From Gammaproteobacteria bacterium (GTDB lineage: Bacteria; Pseudomonadota; Gammaproteobacteria; GCA-001735895), in the NCBI GenBank assembly GCA_022340305.1, contig JAJDOF010000026.1, forward strand, positions 17,627-81,626: DNA of 64,000 nt. The letters run 5' to 3'. How positions within the stretch are numbered: position 1 is the stretch's first letter; every line of letters begins with the position of its first letter. Below are positions 17,771-28,541 of this stretch, in pieces. A model generated the notes under the pieces. It saw only the letters and a list, made by a program, of their open reading frames with translations. It was not told where the DNA came from and made no database searches. Position numbers and translations under genes: made by a program.

Positions 17771-19615
17771 ATGAAAGTCGAATTTGACATAGCTAGCGAT
17801 CAGATCGATGGCGCCCGTGATTACCAGGAAGACGCCTACATGGTCAACCAGCTTGGCGAGTCCGATAAGGGCGACGTTTGCGCACTGGTTATCATGGCCG
17901 ACGGTATGGGCGGGCATGCTGCGGGTAATGTCGCGAGTAACATGGTTGTTGCGACATTCAACAAGACATTTCAGGGTCAATTCCCGACCTCGGATGTCTC
18001 TGATGTGTTAACGAATGCGTTAAATCGTTCGAACGAACAAATCAGGGCGTCGGTCAAGGAAACTCCTGCCTTGCGCGGCATGGGTTGTACCATGGTCAGC
18101 GCCTACCTGCAGGACGATAAGCTTTTCTGGGTCAGTGTCGGCGACAGCCACCTTTACCTGGTACGTAATCGCGAACTGATCAAGCAAAATGCCGATCACA
18201 GCTATGGTGCCTACCTCGACATGATGAAAGAGCAGGGCATGGAGATCGAAGAGCAGGCCGGAATGTCACGTAATATGCTGATGAGCGCGATGACCGGTGA
18301 GGAGATCAGCAGCATCGATGTCTCCGAAACCCCGATCAAGGTCCGCCCGGGTGATCGAGTGATTGTCGCCAGTGATGGTCTGGACACCCTCGGCGCCGGC
18401 GCAATCATCCAGTATTCTTCGTGGTCGGCGACGGCCAAGGAATGTGTGTATGCGCTGTTAAAAGCGGTTGAAGACGCCAACAAGATTAATCAGGATAATA
18501 CCACCCTCATTGTCATCGATATCAAGGAACGCGAGTCCCGCAGGAGTGCGCCGCCGCCTGAAGTCGCAGCACCTCCCGAGCCCGCCGCGCGCGTGGCCGA
18601 TGTCAAGATTCCCGAGGAGCCAAGAGAGCCTCGATCATATAAATGGCTGGTATGGCTGGTAGTCCTCGTGCTTTTTGGAGGTGGTGGATTTTTCGCATGG
18701 CAGCAGGGGTTTGTTAGCGATGCGATGGATAAAGGCAGTGAGCTGGTAGAGTCCACCACGCAGTCCATCGAGGCTGAACTGCAGCCCGAGCCTGAAACGG
18801 TAGCGGAGCCCGAACCCGCTCCGTTGCCTGAGCCCGCTCCGTTACCTGAGCCAGTCGTTGAGCCCGAACCGGTATTTGTCGATAAAGCCGACGTATACAG
18901 GGACAGTCTCAAAATGGGTGGCCGCGGTCCCGTTATGATAAATGTACCGGCAGGCACTTTTCGCATGGGGGGTGCCTCGTCCGTAGTCGCGGCTGATGAA
19001 GCCCCCAGGCATGAGGTGACAATCAAGCCTTTTGCGGTGGGTGTCTACGAAGTGACCTTTGCAGAATACTATAAATTCGCCGGGGCCACCGGCCGCAGGA
19101 AGCCGGATAATAGTGGTTGGGATGTCAACAGCTACCCGGTTATCGATGTCAGCTGGGATGATGCGCACGCCTATACGCGCTGGCTCAGCCAACAGACCGG
19201 CAAACACTATCGCCTGTTATCCGAGTCGGAGTGGGAGTATGCCGCTCGTGCGGGTACCACCTCGCCCTTCTGGTGGGGCAGCAGGGCGGGAACCGGTAAT
19301 GCGCATTGCTTCGACTGCAAGAGTGAATACAGCCTCAGCAAACCTGCCAAGGTCGGGACTTATAAAGCAAATCCCTTTGGTCTGTATGACACGGCGGGTA
19401 ACGTCTTCGAATGGGTTCACGATTGCTACCACCGCAACTATAAGGATGCGCCCACTGATGGCTCGGTATGGGAGGGTGGCGATTGCGATGTGCGCGTAGC
19501 TCGTGGTGGCGCCTACCGCAGCCCGGCTAATTCGATGCGCGTGGAAAATCGTGACAAATTCAAGAGTGACAAGGGTCAGTACAACGTCGGATTTCGTGTC
19601 GCGCGTGATTTGTAA
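17771..19615 (+). CDS. Transmembrane PP2C Ser/Thr phosphatase fused to a non-catalytic FGE-sulfatase-fold domain
   Basis: The N-terminal PP2C domain shows DYQEDAY, ADGMGGHAAGNVAS and VASDGL. It is followed by one TM helix (WLVWLVVLVLFGGGGFFAW) and a Pro/Glu-rich linker. The C-terminal FGE-like domain shows YRLLSESEWEYAARAG...GNVFEWVHDCY...RGGAY...NVGFRVARD, without the FGE Cys pair after RGG. Confidence 0.8.
   Translation: MKVEFDIASDQIDGARDYQEDAYMVNQLGESDKGDVCALVIMADGMGGHAAGNVASNMVVATFNKTFQGQFPTSDVSDVLTNALNRSNEQIRASVKETPALRGMGCTMVSAYLQDDKLFWVSVGDSHLYLVRNRELIKQNADHSYGAYLDMMKEQGMEIEEQAGMSRNMLMSAMTGEEISSIDVSETPIKVRPGDRVIVASDGLDTLGAGAIIQYSSWSATAKECVYALLKAVEDANKINQDNTTLIVIDIKERESRRSAPPPEVAAPPEPAARVADVKIPEEPREPRSYKWLVWLVVLVLFGGGGFFAWQQGFVSDAMDKGSELVESTTQSIEAELQPEPETVAEPEPAPLPEPAPLPEPVVEPEPVFVDKADVYRDSLKMGGRGPVMINVPAGTFRMGGASSVVAADEAPRHEVTIKPFAVGVYEVTFAEYYKFAGATGRRKPDNSGWDVNSYPVIDVSWDDAHAYTRWLSQQTGKHYRLLSESEWEYAARAGTTSPFWWGSRAGTGNAHCFDCKSEYSLSKPAKVGTYKANPFGLYDTAGNVFEWVHDCYHRNYKDAPTDGSVWEGGDCDVRVARGGAYRSPANSMRVENRDKFKSDKGQYNVGFRVARDL
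18815..18850 (+). repeat. 18-nt tandem duplication inside the Pro-rich linker
   Basis: CCCGCTCCGTTGCCTGAG followed by CCCGCTCCGTTACCTGAG (one mismatch) encodes PAPLPE twice. Confidence 0.9.
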
Positions 19616-19653
19616 ACCCTGAGCTTTACTCAAGGCCACAGCGAGATGCCATC

Positions 19654-20331
19654 GTGATCGAATGGGAACGCATCGAAACCGTGCTGCTGGACATGGATGG
19701 AACGCTGCTGGATTTGCATTTCGATAACTATTTCTGGCAAGAGCACCTGCCGGTGCGCTATGCCCAGCTCAAGGGGCTTGACCCCGCCGCCGCAAGGCAG
19801 CACATTGTCACCCAGACGCGCGAAATTCAAGGCAGCCTGAACTGGTACTCGACTGACTACTGGAGCGAGATGCTGCAAGTCGATATTGTTGAATTGAAGC
19901 ATGAGGTCAGCCACAAGGTTGCGATGCGACCATTTTGCGTCGACTTTCTCGACGCGCTGCGGGTGGCCAGGAAAGATATTGTGATGGTTACCAACGCACA
20001 CCATGACAGCCTGGCGTTGAAGATGAACATGACCCGGCTGGCGCACAAGTTTGACCGGCTGATTACCGTGCATGAGTTTTCGCTGCCCAAGGAAGATCCC
20101 CGTTGTTGGCAGGAAGTTCACAAACGCCACCCGTTCAGCGGCAATAAAACCCTGTTAATCGACGATAATCTGAACGCTCTCGCGTCAGCGCGTGATTACG
20201 GAATCGTTCATTTACTGGCGATTACCCAACCCGACTCGCGTGCCCCTGGACGCGATATTGATGATTTCGACGCAATCCATTCATTCGATGAAATCATGCC
20301 CATCGGCGAGTTCAGTCATGGCCCAGGATAA
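19654..20331 (+). CDS. HAD-superfamily hydrolase, YrfG (GMP/IMP nucleotidase)-like
   Basis: VLLDMDGTLLDLHFDNYFWQEHLP resembles the YrfG N-terminus. The ORF has a GTG start. Confidence 0.7.
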   Translation: MIEWERIETVLLDMDGTLLDLHFDNYFWQEHLPVRYAQLKGLDPAAARQHIVTQTREIQGSLNWYSTDYWSEMLQVDIVELKHEVSHKVAMRPFCVDFLDALRVARKDIVMVTNAHHDSLALKMNMTRLAHKFDRLITVHEFSLPKEDPRCWQEVHKRHPFSGNKTLLIDDNLNALASARDYGIVHLLAITQPDSRAPGRDIDDFDAIHSFDEIMPIGEFSHGPG

Positions 20332-20761
20332 CTCCGGAGCATTGACCGGCGGATGTCTGTGTGGCGGGGTTCGTTATCGAATCGACGGCGAATGCCGCGA
20401 AATTATCTGTTGTCATTGTGAAAACTGTCGTCGCACCCATGGGCATTTTGCGGCCTATACAGCGTTGCCACAATCCTCTTTGACCCTGCTTTCTGCGGAT
20501 ACGCTACAGTGGTATCACGACGTATCTCCCGACACTTATCGTGGTTTCTGCAATCGTTGTGGCGCCAGTCTGTTTTGGGACCTGCGCGATGGGCGCAAGC
20601 AAATATCGGTCGCGGCCGGCTCGTTGGACGACAGCGGCGAGCTGAAAGTTATCGGTCATATTTTTGTAGCGGAGGCGGGAAGCTATTATGAAATCAATGA
20701 CGGCTTGCCGCGCTTCCAGGGAGGCAGTGCCGGGGCGTTCGAAAAAGACAGCGACGGTTGA
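20318..20761 (+). CDS. GFA / CENP-V family Cys-rich protein (glutathione-dependent formaldehyde-activating enzyme fold)
   Basis: I chose the ATG at 20318 (MAQDNSGALTGGCLCGGVRY...CHCENCRRTHG...FCNRCGASLFW) inside track ORF 20192..20761. The start overlaps the end of the HAD gene. Confidence 0.7.
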   Translation: MAQDNSGALTGGCLCGGVRYRIDGECREIICCHCENCRRTHGHFAAYTALPQSSLTLLSADTLQWYHDVSPDTYRGFCNRCGASLFWDLRDGRKQISVAAGSLDDSGELKVIGHIFVAEAGSYYEINDGLPRFQGGSAGAFEKDSDG

Positions 20762-20895
20762 CCCCGATGGCAGAATGGGTTAAAAGTTGCAATGCAGAAC
20801 TGATCGTGACGAGATTGCAGTAATCCTGAACCATAGCTGCGCATCGTTTGATATTATCGAAACTAACCATTGCCACTGACTATCCCACCGAAAAT

Positions 20896-21405
20896 ATGTT
20901 GAAACCGGAGAAAGTTGATCCGCTCAGGCGCTCGATAAGCCACATCCTTGACGTTATCGGGGAAGGCTGGTCGATTCTGATCATTCGCGAGGCGTTTCTG
21001 GGCACTCGCCGATTCGAGGAGTTCCAGGGTCGGCTCGGCATTGCGCGCAACATCCTGACCGCGAGGTTGAAGAAACTCTGTGCCAATCAGATCATGGATC
21101 GTGTGCCCGTCAAGGAAGGCGCCAAACGCCACGAATACATTCTGACTCGAAAGGGAATAGACATGATGCCGATGCTGGTGGCTTTGACCCAGTGGGGCGA
21201 TCGATGGGTTTTTGGTGAAAACAACGAACCGATCCTCTTTCTCGATCGCGAGCATGACCAGCCGATTCAACCGGTACAGGTATTTTCGCAGCAAGGTACA
21301 GCCCTGCGAGCACGCGACCTAAAGGTTATCGCGGGCCCCGGTGCCTCGCCGGAATCGAAACAGAGACTCGACGAACTGGAAAAGTTAAACCTGACAAGAC
21401 AATGA
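20896..21405 (+). CDS. HxlR-family winged-helix transcriptional regulator
   Basis: DVIGEGWSILIIREAFLGTRRFEEFQGRLGIARNILTARLKKL is the HxlR signature. The start was chosen at MLKPEKV. Confidence 0.8.
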   Translation: MLKPEKVDPLRRSISHILDVIGEGWSILIIREAFLGTRRFEEFQGRLGIARNILTARLKKLCANQIMDRVPVKEGAKRHEYILTRKGIDMMPMLVALTQWGDRWVFGENNEPILFLDREHDQPIQPVQVFSQQGTALRARDLKVIAGPGASPESKQRLDELEKLNLTRQ

Positions 21406-22088
21406 AAAAATCTAAACAAGAAAAGACCAGGCAGAAGGATGCGAGCTGCCCGGTCGGTGAAAGCTCATGTGAATGGCTTGATGAGGTCGCGCGCCTGCGT
21501 GCCCAGGTTGACGAGCTGTCGCAGCTGGTGGCTACCGATACCCTGACCGGGCTGTTTAATCTGCGCCATTTCAAACAGGCGATGCAGGCGGAGATGGACC
21601 GCTCCAAGCGCAGTAGCATTCCGACCAGCCTGGTCATGGCTGAAGTCGATCATTACCAGGCCCTCAATGACGAGCATGGGCGTGAGGCCGGCAATCAGGT
21701 GCTTAAGAAAATCGCGGAGATCTGCCGCGGTGAGGTTCGTACCACCGACCTGGTATGTCGTTATAGCGGAGAAGTATTCGCGATTATTTTTCCGGAGACC
21801 CATCTGAATCTGGCGGTAAAAGTTGCCGACCGCATACGCCAGGAAATTGCCGATACAGCGATCAAACTCGAAGATGCCGAAGTCAAGGTAACGGTCAGCA
21901 TGGGTGCAAGTGTCTACGTGAAAACCAGCGTAATAGACCTGGTTGAATTCGTCGACTCCGTGGACAGGTTCCTCTACGAGGCAAAACAGTCAGGGCGCAA
22001 CTGCATTTGCCACATCGATTACGCCGAGTTGCGCAGTGTCACCGAGATCGGTGCGCCTGAGCGCATCCTGCGCATCGCACGCGATTAG
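21402..22088 (+). CDS. Coiled-coil GGDEF-domain protein with degenerate active site
   Basis: DTLTGLFNLRHF starts the GGDEF domain, and the signature reads RYSGEVFAIIF (SGEVF instead of GGDEF). The ATG overlaps the HxlR stop as ATGA. Confidence 0.75.
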   Translation: MKKSKQEKTRQKDASCPVGESSCEWLDEVARLRAQVDELSQLVATDTLTGLFNLRHFKQAMQAEMDRSKRSSIPTSLVMAEVDHYQALNDEHGREAGNQVLKKIAEICRGEVRTTDLVCRYSGEVFAIIFPETHLNLAVKVADRIRQEIADTAIKLEDAEVKVTVSMGASVYVKTSVIDLVEFVDSVDRFLYEAKQSGRNCICHIDYAELRSVTEIGAPERILRIARD

Positions 22089-22219
22089 CCCGCCTGACTC
22101 ACCGATTTCCTGTTCGGTAGCTGCCCGGAACCCCGGATCGCCGATACGTCGGTCCGTGCGGCGCACCACAGGATTTATTCGACACCCTCGCTACCTAAAT
22201 CGGTGAGACAGGCGGGCTA
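22086..22219. repeat. Palindromic repeat element, copy B (23-nt arms, 88-nt spacer) between convergent genes
   Basis: TAGCCCGCCTGACTCACCGATTT (22086-22108, starting with the TAG stop of the GGDEF gene) pairs with AAATCGGTGAGACAGGCGGGCTA (22197-22219), with one mismatch. It shares TAGCCCGC...TCACCGATTT and CGGTGAGA...GCGGGCTAG with copy A. Confidence 0.8.
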
Positions 22220-22312
22220 GTCTGCGAACTCTAGAACGACTCAAATCTAAATGTCATCCCCACGCCTGCGATCGGGGATGTCGCTGAAGACCGTCGTTGC
22301 GGTGCGGCTGAA

Positions 22313-22849
22313 CTAGTCAGCCTGGGCGTTGTAACGTGCGATGGAATCGAGGATCTCCTGCTTGGCTTCCTCGGTGTCGACCCAGCCCTCAATCTTGACC
22401 CATTTCCCGGGTTCGAGATCCTTGTAGTGATCGAAAAAATGCGCAATTGAATCGAGTAGTGATTTGGGTAAATCACGCACGCTGTTCATGTGTGAATAGA
22501 GGCTGGACAGCTTGTCTATCGGCACCGCGATGATTTTCGAATCCATACCTGCTTCATCGGTCATGCGCAGCATGCCGAGTGGCCTGACGCGTATCACCGA
22601 GCCGCTGATCACCGGAATCGGAGTCACCACCAGTACGTCGGCCGGGTCACCGTCTTCAGACAGGGTTTGCGGAATATAACCGTAGTTGCAGGGGTAGTGC
22701 ATCGCGGTGCCCATGAAACGGTCGACGAACATCGCACCGGTTTCCTTATCGACCTCGTATTTGACGGGATCGCTGTGCGATGGGATCTCGATAACGACAT
22801 TTATGTCATTGGGAATATTTTTACCGCTACTAACCCTGTCCAGAATCAT
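22313..22849 (-). CDS. ppa: Soluble inorganic pyrophosphatase (family I)
   Basis: [30 protein letters not shown]...[20 protein letters not shown]. Confidence 0.9.
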   Translation of the reverse strand: MILDRVSSGKNIPNDINVVIEIPSHSDPVKYEVDKETGAMFVDRFMGTAMHYPCNYGYIPQTLSEDGDPADVLVVTPIPVISGSVIRVRPLGMLRMTDEAGMDSKIIAVPIDKLSSLYSHMNSVRDLPKSLLDSIAHFFDHYKDLEPGKWVKIEGWVDTEEAKQEILDSIARYNAQAD

Positions 22850-22943
22850 AATTTTGCCAATTTGCTAACTGGTTGGGAATTATATCCAAATGCCAGCAAT
22901 TGAACAGCTGGATGGATCGATTTCCCCAGGGCAGTTATCGTTA

Positions 22944-24200
22944 TTAGAGTTCGAAATCGCCGAGTTTGCGCTCAATCAGCGCGTTTTCCAAAATCACGTA
23001 ACGCGGCATGCCGCGCTCGTCGTAATCCGGGTAAGCCTCACCCTGGATCAGCGGGTAGAGGTAGTCGCGGCAAGCGTCGGTAATACCGAAACCGTCTTTA
23101 GTAATAAAATCGAGTGGCATGGTTTTCTCGACGTTGGCGACATTGGCGAGGTCGGTACTGCCAATTTGCCAGCGGTAGGGCTTGTTCGAAATTCGCTCGA
23201 TGGTCGGCATGATGGCGTTGCTGCCGGCGAGCGCCATCTCGACGCCGCTGCGACCGAGCGCATAAGCCTGTTCGACGTCGGTTGCAGAGGCGATGTGGCG
23301 CGCTGCGCGCTGCAGGTAATCGGCCACTGCCCAGTGATACTTGTAGCCCAGCGCCTGTTTCACCATGTTTGCGACTACTGGAGCTGCGCCCCCGAGCTGG
23401 GCGTGGCCAAAGGCGTCACGGCTGCCCTGTTCAGCGAGAAAACTGCCGTCGGCATTGCGCGCGCCTTCTGAAACCACCACGGTGCAATAACCGAATTCTT
23501 CGACCCTTGCCTGCACGGCGGCGATGAAGCGATCCTGGTCGAAATCGACTTCGGGAAACAGTAACAGTACCGGGATTCCATAATCCTCGATCAGTCCACC
23601 TGCCGCGGCAATCCAGCCGGCGTGACGCCCCATGACTTCGAGGATGAAGACCTTGGTCGAGGTTTTCGCCATTGAAGCGACGTCGAACGAGGCTTCCAGG
23701 GCGGATATGGCGATGTACTTGGCGACCGAACCGAAGCCGGGACAGTTATCGGTTATCGGTAAATCGTTGTCGACGGTCTTGGGAATGTGTATCGCCTGCA
23801 CCGGAAAACCCAGCGCTGCGGAAAGCTGCGACACCTTGTAGCAGGTATCGGCTGAATCGCCGCCGCCGTTGTAAAAAAAGTAACCGATGTCATGCGCCTT
23901 GAAAACCTCGATCAGTCGTTCGTACTCACGCCGGTTTTCGTCGAGGGACTTGAGCTTGAAGCGACAGGAGCCGAATGCCCCCGACGGTGTCTTCATAAGT
24001 GCTGCGATATCGGCGTCCGATTCGCGCGAGGTGTCAATCAACTCCTCGGTCAGGGCACCGATAATGCCGTTACGACCAGCATAGACTGTGCCGATTTTAT
24101 CTGCATGCTCGCGGCAAGTCTGGATGACGCCGCAGGCACTGGCGTTGATGACCGACGTAACACCGCCGGACTGAGCATAAAATGCGTTTTTGCTAATCAT
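22944..24200 (-). CDS. pfp: Phosphofructokinase, probable pyrophosphate-dependent type
   Basis: The 418-aa protein begins NAFYAQSGGVTSVINASACGV...GRNGIIGAL, resembling the roughly 420-aa PPi-PFKs I recall from Methylococcus and Xanthomonas. It is flanked by hppA and ppa. The phosphoryl donor is not provable from sequence alone. Confidence 0.7.
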   Translation of the reverse strand: MISKNAFYAQSGGVTSVINASACGVIQTCREHADKIGTVYAGRNGIIGALTEELIDTSRESDADIAALMKTPSGAFGSCRFKLKSLDENRREYERLIEVFKAHDIGYFFYNGGGDSADTCYKVSQLSAALGFPVQAIHIPKTVDNDLPITDNCPGFGSVAKYIAISALEASFDVASMAKTSTKVFILEVMGRHAGWIAAAGGLIEDYGIPVLLLFPEVDFDQDRFIAAVQARVEEFGYCTVVVSEGARNADGSFLAEQGSRDAFGHAQLGGAAPVVANMVKQALGYKYHWAVADYLQRAARHIASATDVEQAYALGRSGVEMALAGSNAIMPTIERISNKPYRWQIGSTDLANVANVEKTMPLDFITKDGFGITDACRDYLYPLIQGEAYPDYDERGMPRYVILENALIERKLGDFEL

Positions 24201-24432
24201 GGCTTGATCTTGGTTCGAGTAAAAGGTTGGTCACGTGGGTTCATCCGGGGTGATGCCATATTCCCTGCCGAAGTTGCATGCAGTTTGCGCCCGAAGTCGT
24301 GGTCACTATTGCTGGCAATGTCGAGTTGTGGGTTGGGCACGATAGGAAGCTGGCCGCTACGATCCTGCAAGAATAGCGCAAAATCCGGCAAATTACAGGA
24401 CCCCGCAAGCCGTGATCATTATTCCGGGTGGC

Positions 24433-24457
24433 GCAGGCAGCGTCCATTGCTGCCTGC
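24433..24457 (-). other. 9-bp stem-loop just downstream of hppA (no U-tract)
   Basis: GCAGGCAGC-gtccatt-GCTGCCTGC lies in the 278-bp hppA-pfp spacer. Confidence 0.4.
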
Positions 24458-24478
24458 AGATTGCTGTCTGACCTGAAT

Positions 24479-26485
<2,007 letters not shown>

Positions 26486-26690
26486 ATTGTTTCCCCAAGT
26501 TTGTTAAGCGTGTTTTCAGGAGTGATTGCCCGGGACAGTGTCCGGGGCTAAAAAAGCCGCGTGCATGATATCGGTTTTTATCCATATATTGAAACTACTT
26601 TGCACAATTTGGGGTATTTTTCGGGCTATTTTCTGCTATTGTGCGCAGAATCGCCACACATCCGCAGTGCTAAAGGATAAATCCGTTTCC

Positions 26691-28541
26691 ATGTCGCAGC
26701 GAGAGCAGCTAAAAGACGACTACCTCGAGAACAGACTGATACGCCGCCGCCTGGTGTTGGCCGCGGTGTTTACAGTGATGTTGCTCAGCCTGGTGCTTGG
26801 GCGCCTGTACGTATTGCAAGTGCTCGAGTACGAGCATTTTTCGACGCTTTCGGACAGTAATCGGGTCCGTATCAAGGCATTACCGCCTACGCGTGGTTTG
26901 ATATTTGATCGCAACGGCGTCGTGATGGCCGACAACCTGCCGGCCTACCGTCTCGAGATTGTGCGAGAGCAGGTTCACGATCTCGATGCGACGCTCGAAC
27001 AGCTGCGCCAATACGTGGAGTTCAGCGACCAGGATTTGAAGCGTTTCAAGCAATCCCTGAGTCGCCGCCGTCCCTTTGAAAGCATTCCCTTGCGCCTCAA
27101 CCTCGATGACGAGGAAGTGGCCAGGCTTGCGGTCAACTTACATCAGTTCGAAGGGGTGGAAATCAATGCACGCCTGACGCGCAACTATCCCAACGGTGAA
27201 CATGCGGTGCATGCGCTCGGTTATGTCAGTCGTATCGATGAGCGTGACCTGGGTAAAGTGAGCGAGGTGGATTATGCCGGCACCACCCATATCGGCAAGC
27301 TTGGCCTGGAAAAGTATTATGAAAAGGATCTGCATGGAGAAGTCGGTATTCAGCAGGTCGAGGTCAATGCCCGGGGGCGGACCTTGCGGGTGCTCAGTGA
27401 ATCGCCGCCGGTGCAGGGTAACAATCTCTACCTGACCATCGATTCCCGTTTGCAGAAGGTCGCCGAAAAGGCTTTCGGCGACAATTCGGGCGCGGCCGTC
27501 GCGATCGACCCCAATAATGGAGAAATTCTGGCGCTGGTGTCGATGCCGGTGTTCGATCCCAATTTGTTTGTCAACGGTATCAGTTACGATAATTACAACG
27601 CGTTGCGCGACTCACGTCGCCGCCCCCTGTTTAATCGCGCCTTGTCAGGTCAATATCCTCCCGGTTCGACCACCAAACCCTTCTACGGCCTGCTCGGGCT
27701 CGAGTCGGCGGTGTCCACCAGGGATCAGGAGGTTTATTGTATCGGCTATTACAAGTTACCCAACGAAGAGCGTCGCTATCGCGACTGGAAGAAACAGGGG
27801 CATGGCCACATGGACCTGCACGATGCGATCACCCAGTCCTGCGATGTGTATTTCTATGACCTGGCCTACCGAATGGGAATCGATCGAATGTCGGAATTCA
27901 TGGCAAAGTTTGGCTTCGGCTTCAAAACCGACGTCGACAGCACCGGTGAGGCCAGTGGTCTGATGCCTTCGCGCGAGTGGAAACGTGGGCATGACGGTAT
28001 GCCCTGGTTTCCCGGTGAAACGCTGATCACCGGTATCGGTCAGGGCGCATTGCTGGTGACACCGTTGCAACTGGCCAATTCGACCGCGGCATTTGCCATT
28101 AAGGGGTTGCGCTACCGGCCGCATCTGGTTAAGACAATCGAGAAAATACCGGAGTACAACAGGATCGACATCGTCAGCCAGATTGTTGAGGGTTATTCGC
28201 TGCAACGCGAGAGTAACTGGCAGCACGTGCACGACGCCATGGTTAACGTTGTGCATGGCCTGCGCGGCACCGCGCACTACAGCATCGGCCGCGATATTCA
28301 ATACAAGGTGGCCGGCAAGACCGGTACAGCGCAAGTGTTCGAAGTGGCCCAGGATGAAGAATACGAGGAAGAAGATGTCATCGAGAAGTTACGCGATCAT
28401 GCCCTGTTTATCAGTTATGCGCCGGCCGAAAATCCGCGTATCGCGGTTGCTGTGATCGTCGAGAACGGTGGGCATGGTAGCTCGGTAGCGGCGCCGATTG
28501 CGCGCCAGATCATGGATGCCTACCTGTTGGAGCCATCGTGA
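26691..28541 (+). CDS. mrdA: Penicillin-binding protein 2 (elongasome transpeptidase)
   Basis: I chose the ATG at 26691 (MSQREQLKDDYLENRLI) inside track ORF 26526..28541. It has GSTTKP (SxxK), SCD and KTGTAQ motifs, and rodA follows. Confidence 0.9.
   Translation: MSQREQLKDDYLENRLIRRRLVLAAVFTVMLLSLVLGRLYVLQVLEYEHFSTLSDSNRVRIKALPPTRGLIFDRNGVVMADNLPAYRLEIVREQVHDLDATLEQLRQYVEFSDQDLKRFKQSLSRRRPFESIPLRLNLDDEEVARLAVNLHQFEGVEINARLTRNYPNGEHAVHALGYVSRIDERDLGKVSEVDYAGTTHIGKLGLEKYYEKDLHGEVGIQQVEVNARGRTLRVLSESPPVQGNNLYLTIDSRLQKVAEKAFGDNSGAAVAIDPNNGEILALVSMPVFDPNLFVNGISYDNYNALRDSRRRPLFNRALSGQYPPGSTTKPFYGLLGLESAVSTRDQEVYCIGYYKLPNEERRYRDWKKQGHGHMDLHDAITQSCDVYFYDLAYRMGIDRMSEFMAKFGFGFKTDVDSTGEASGLMPSREWKRGHDGMPWFPGETLITGIGQGALLVTPLQLANSTAAFAIKGLRYRPHLVKTIEKIPEYNRIDIVSQIVEGYSLQRESNWQHVHDAMVNVVHGLRGTAHYSIGRDIQYKVAGKTGTAQVFEVAQDEEYEEEDVIEKLRDHALFISYAPAENPRIAVAVIVENGGHGSSVAAPIARQIMDAYLLEPS

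Noticed and set aside
17771-19615. Diversity-generating retroelement target (FGE/C-type-lectin fold at a C-terminus)
   Set aside because: There is no reverse transcriptase gene, and I found no template-repeat copy of the 3' end of the gene in the window.
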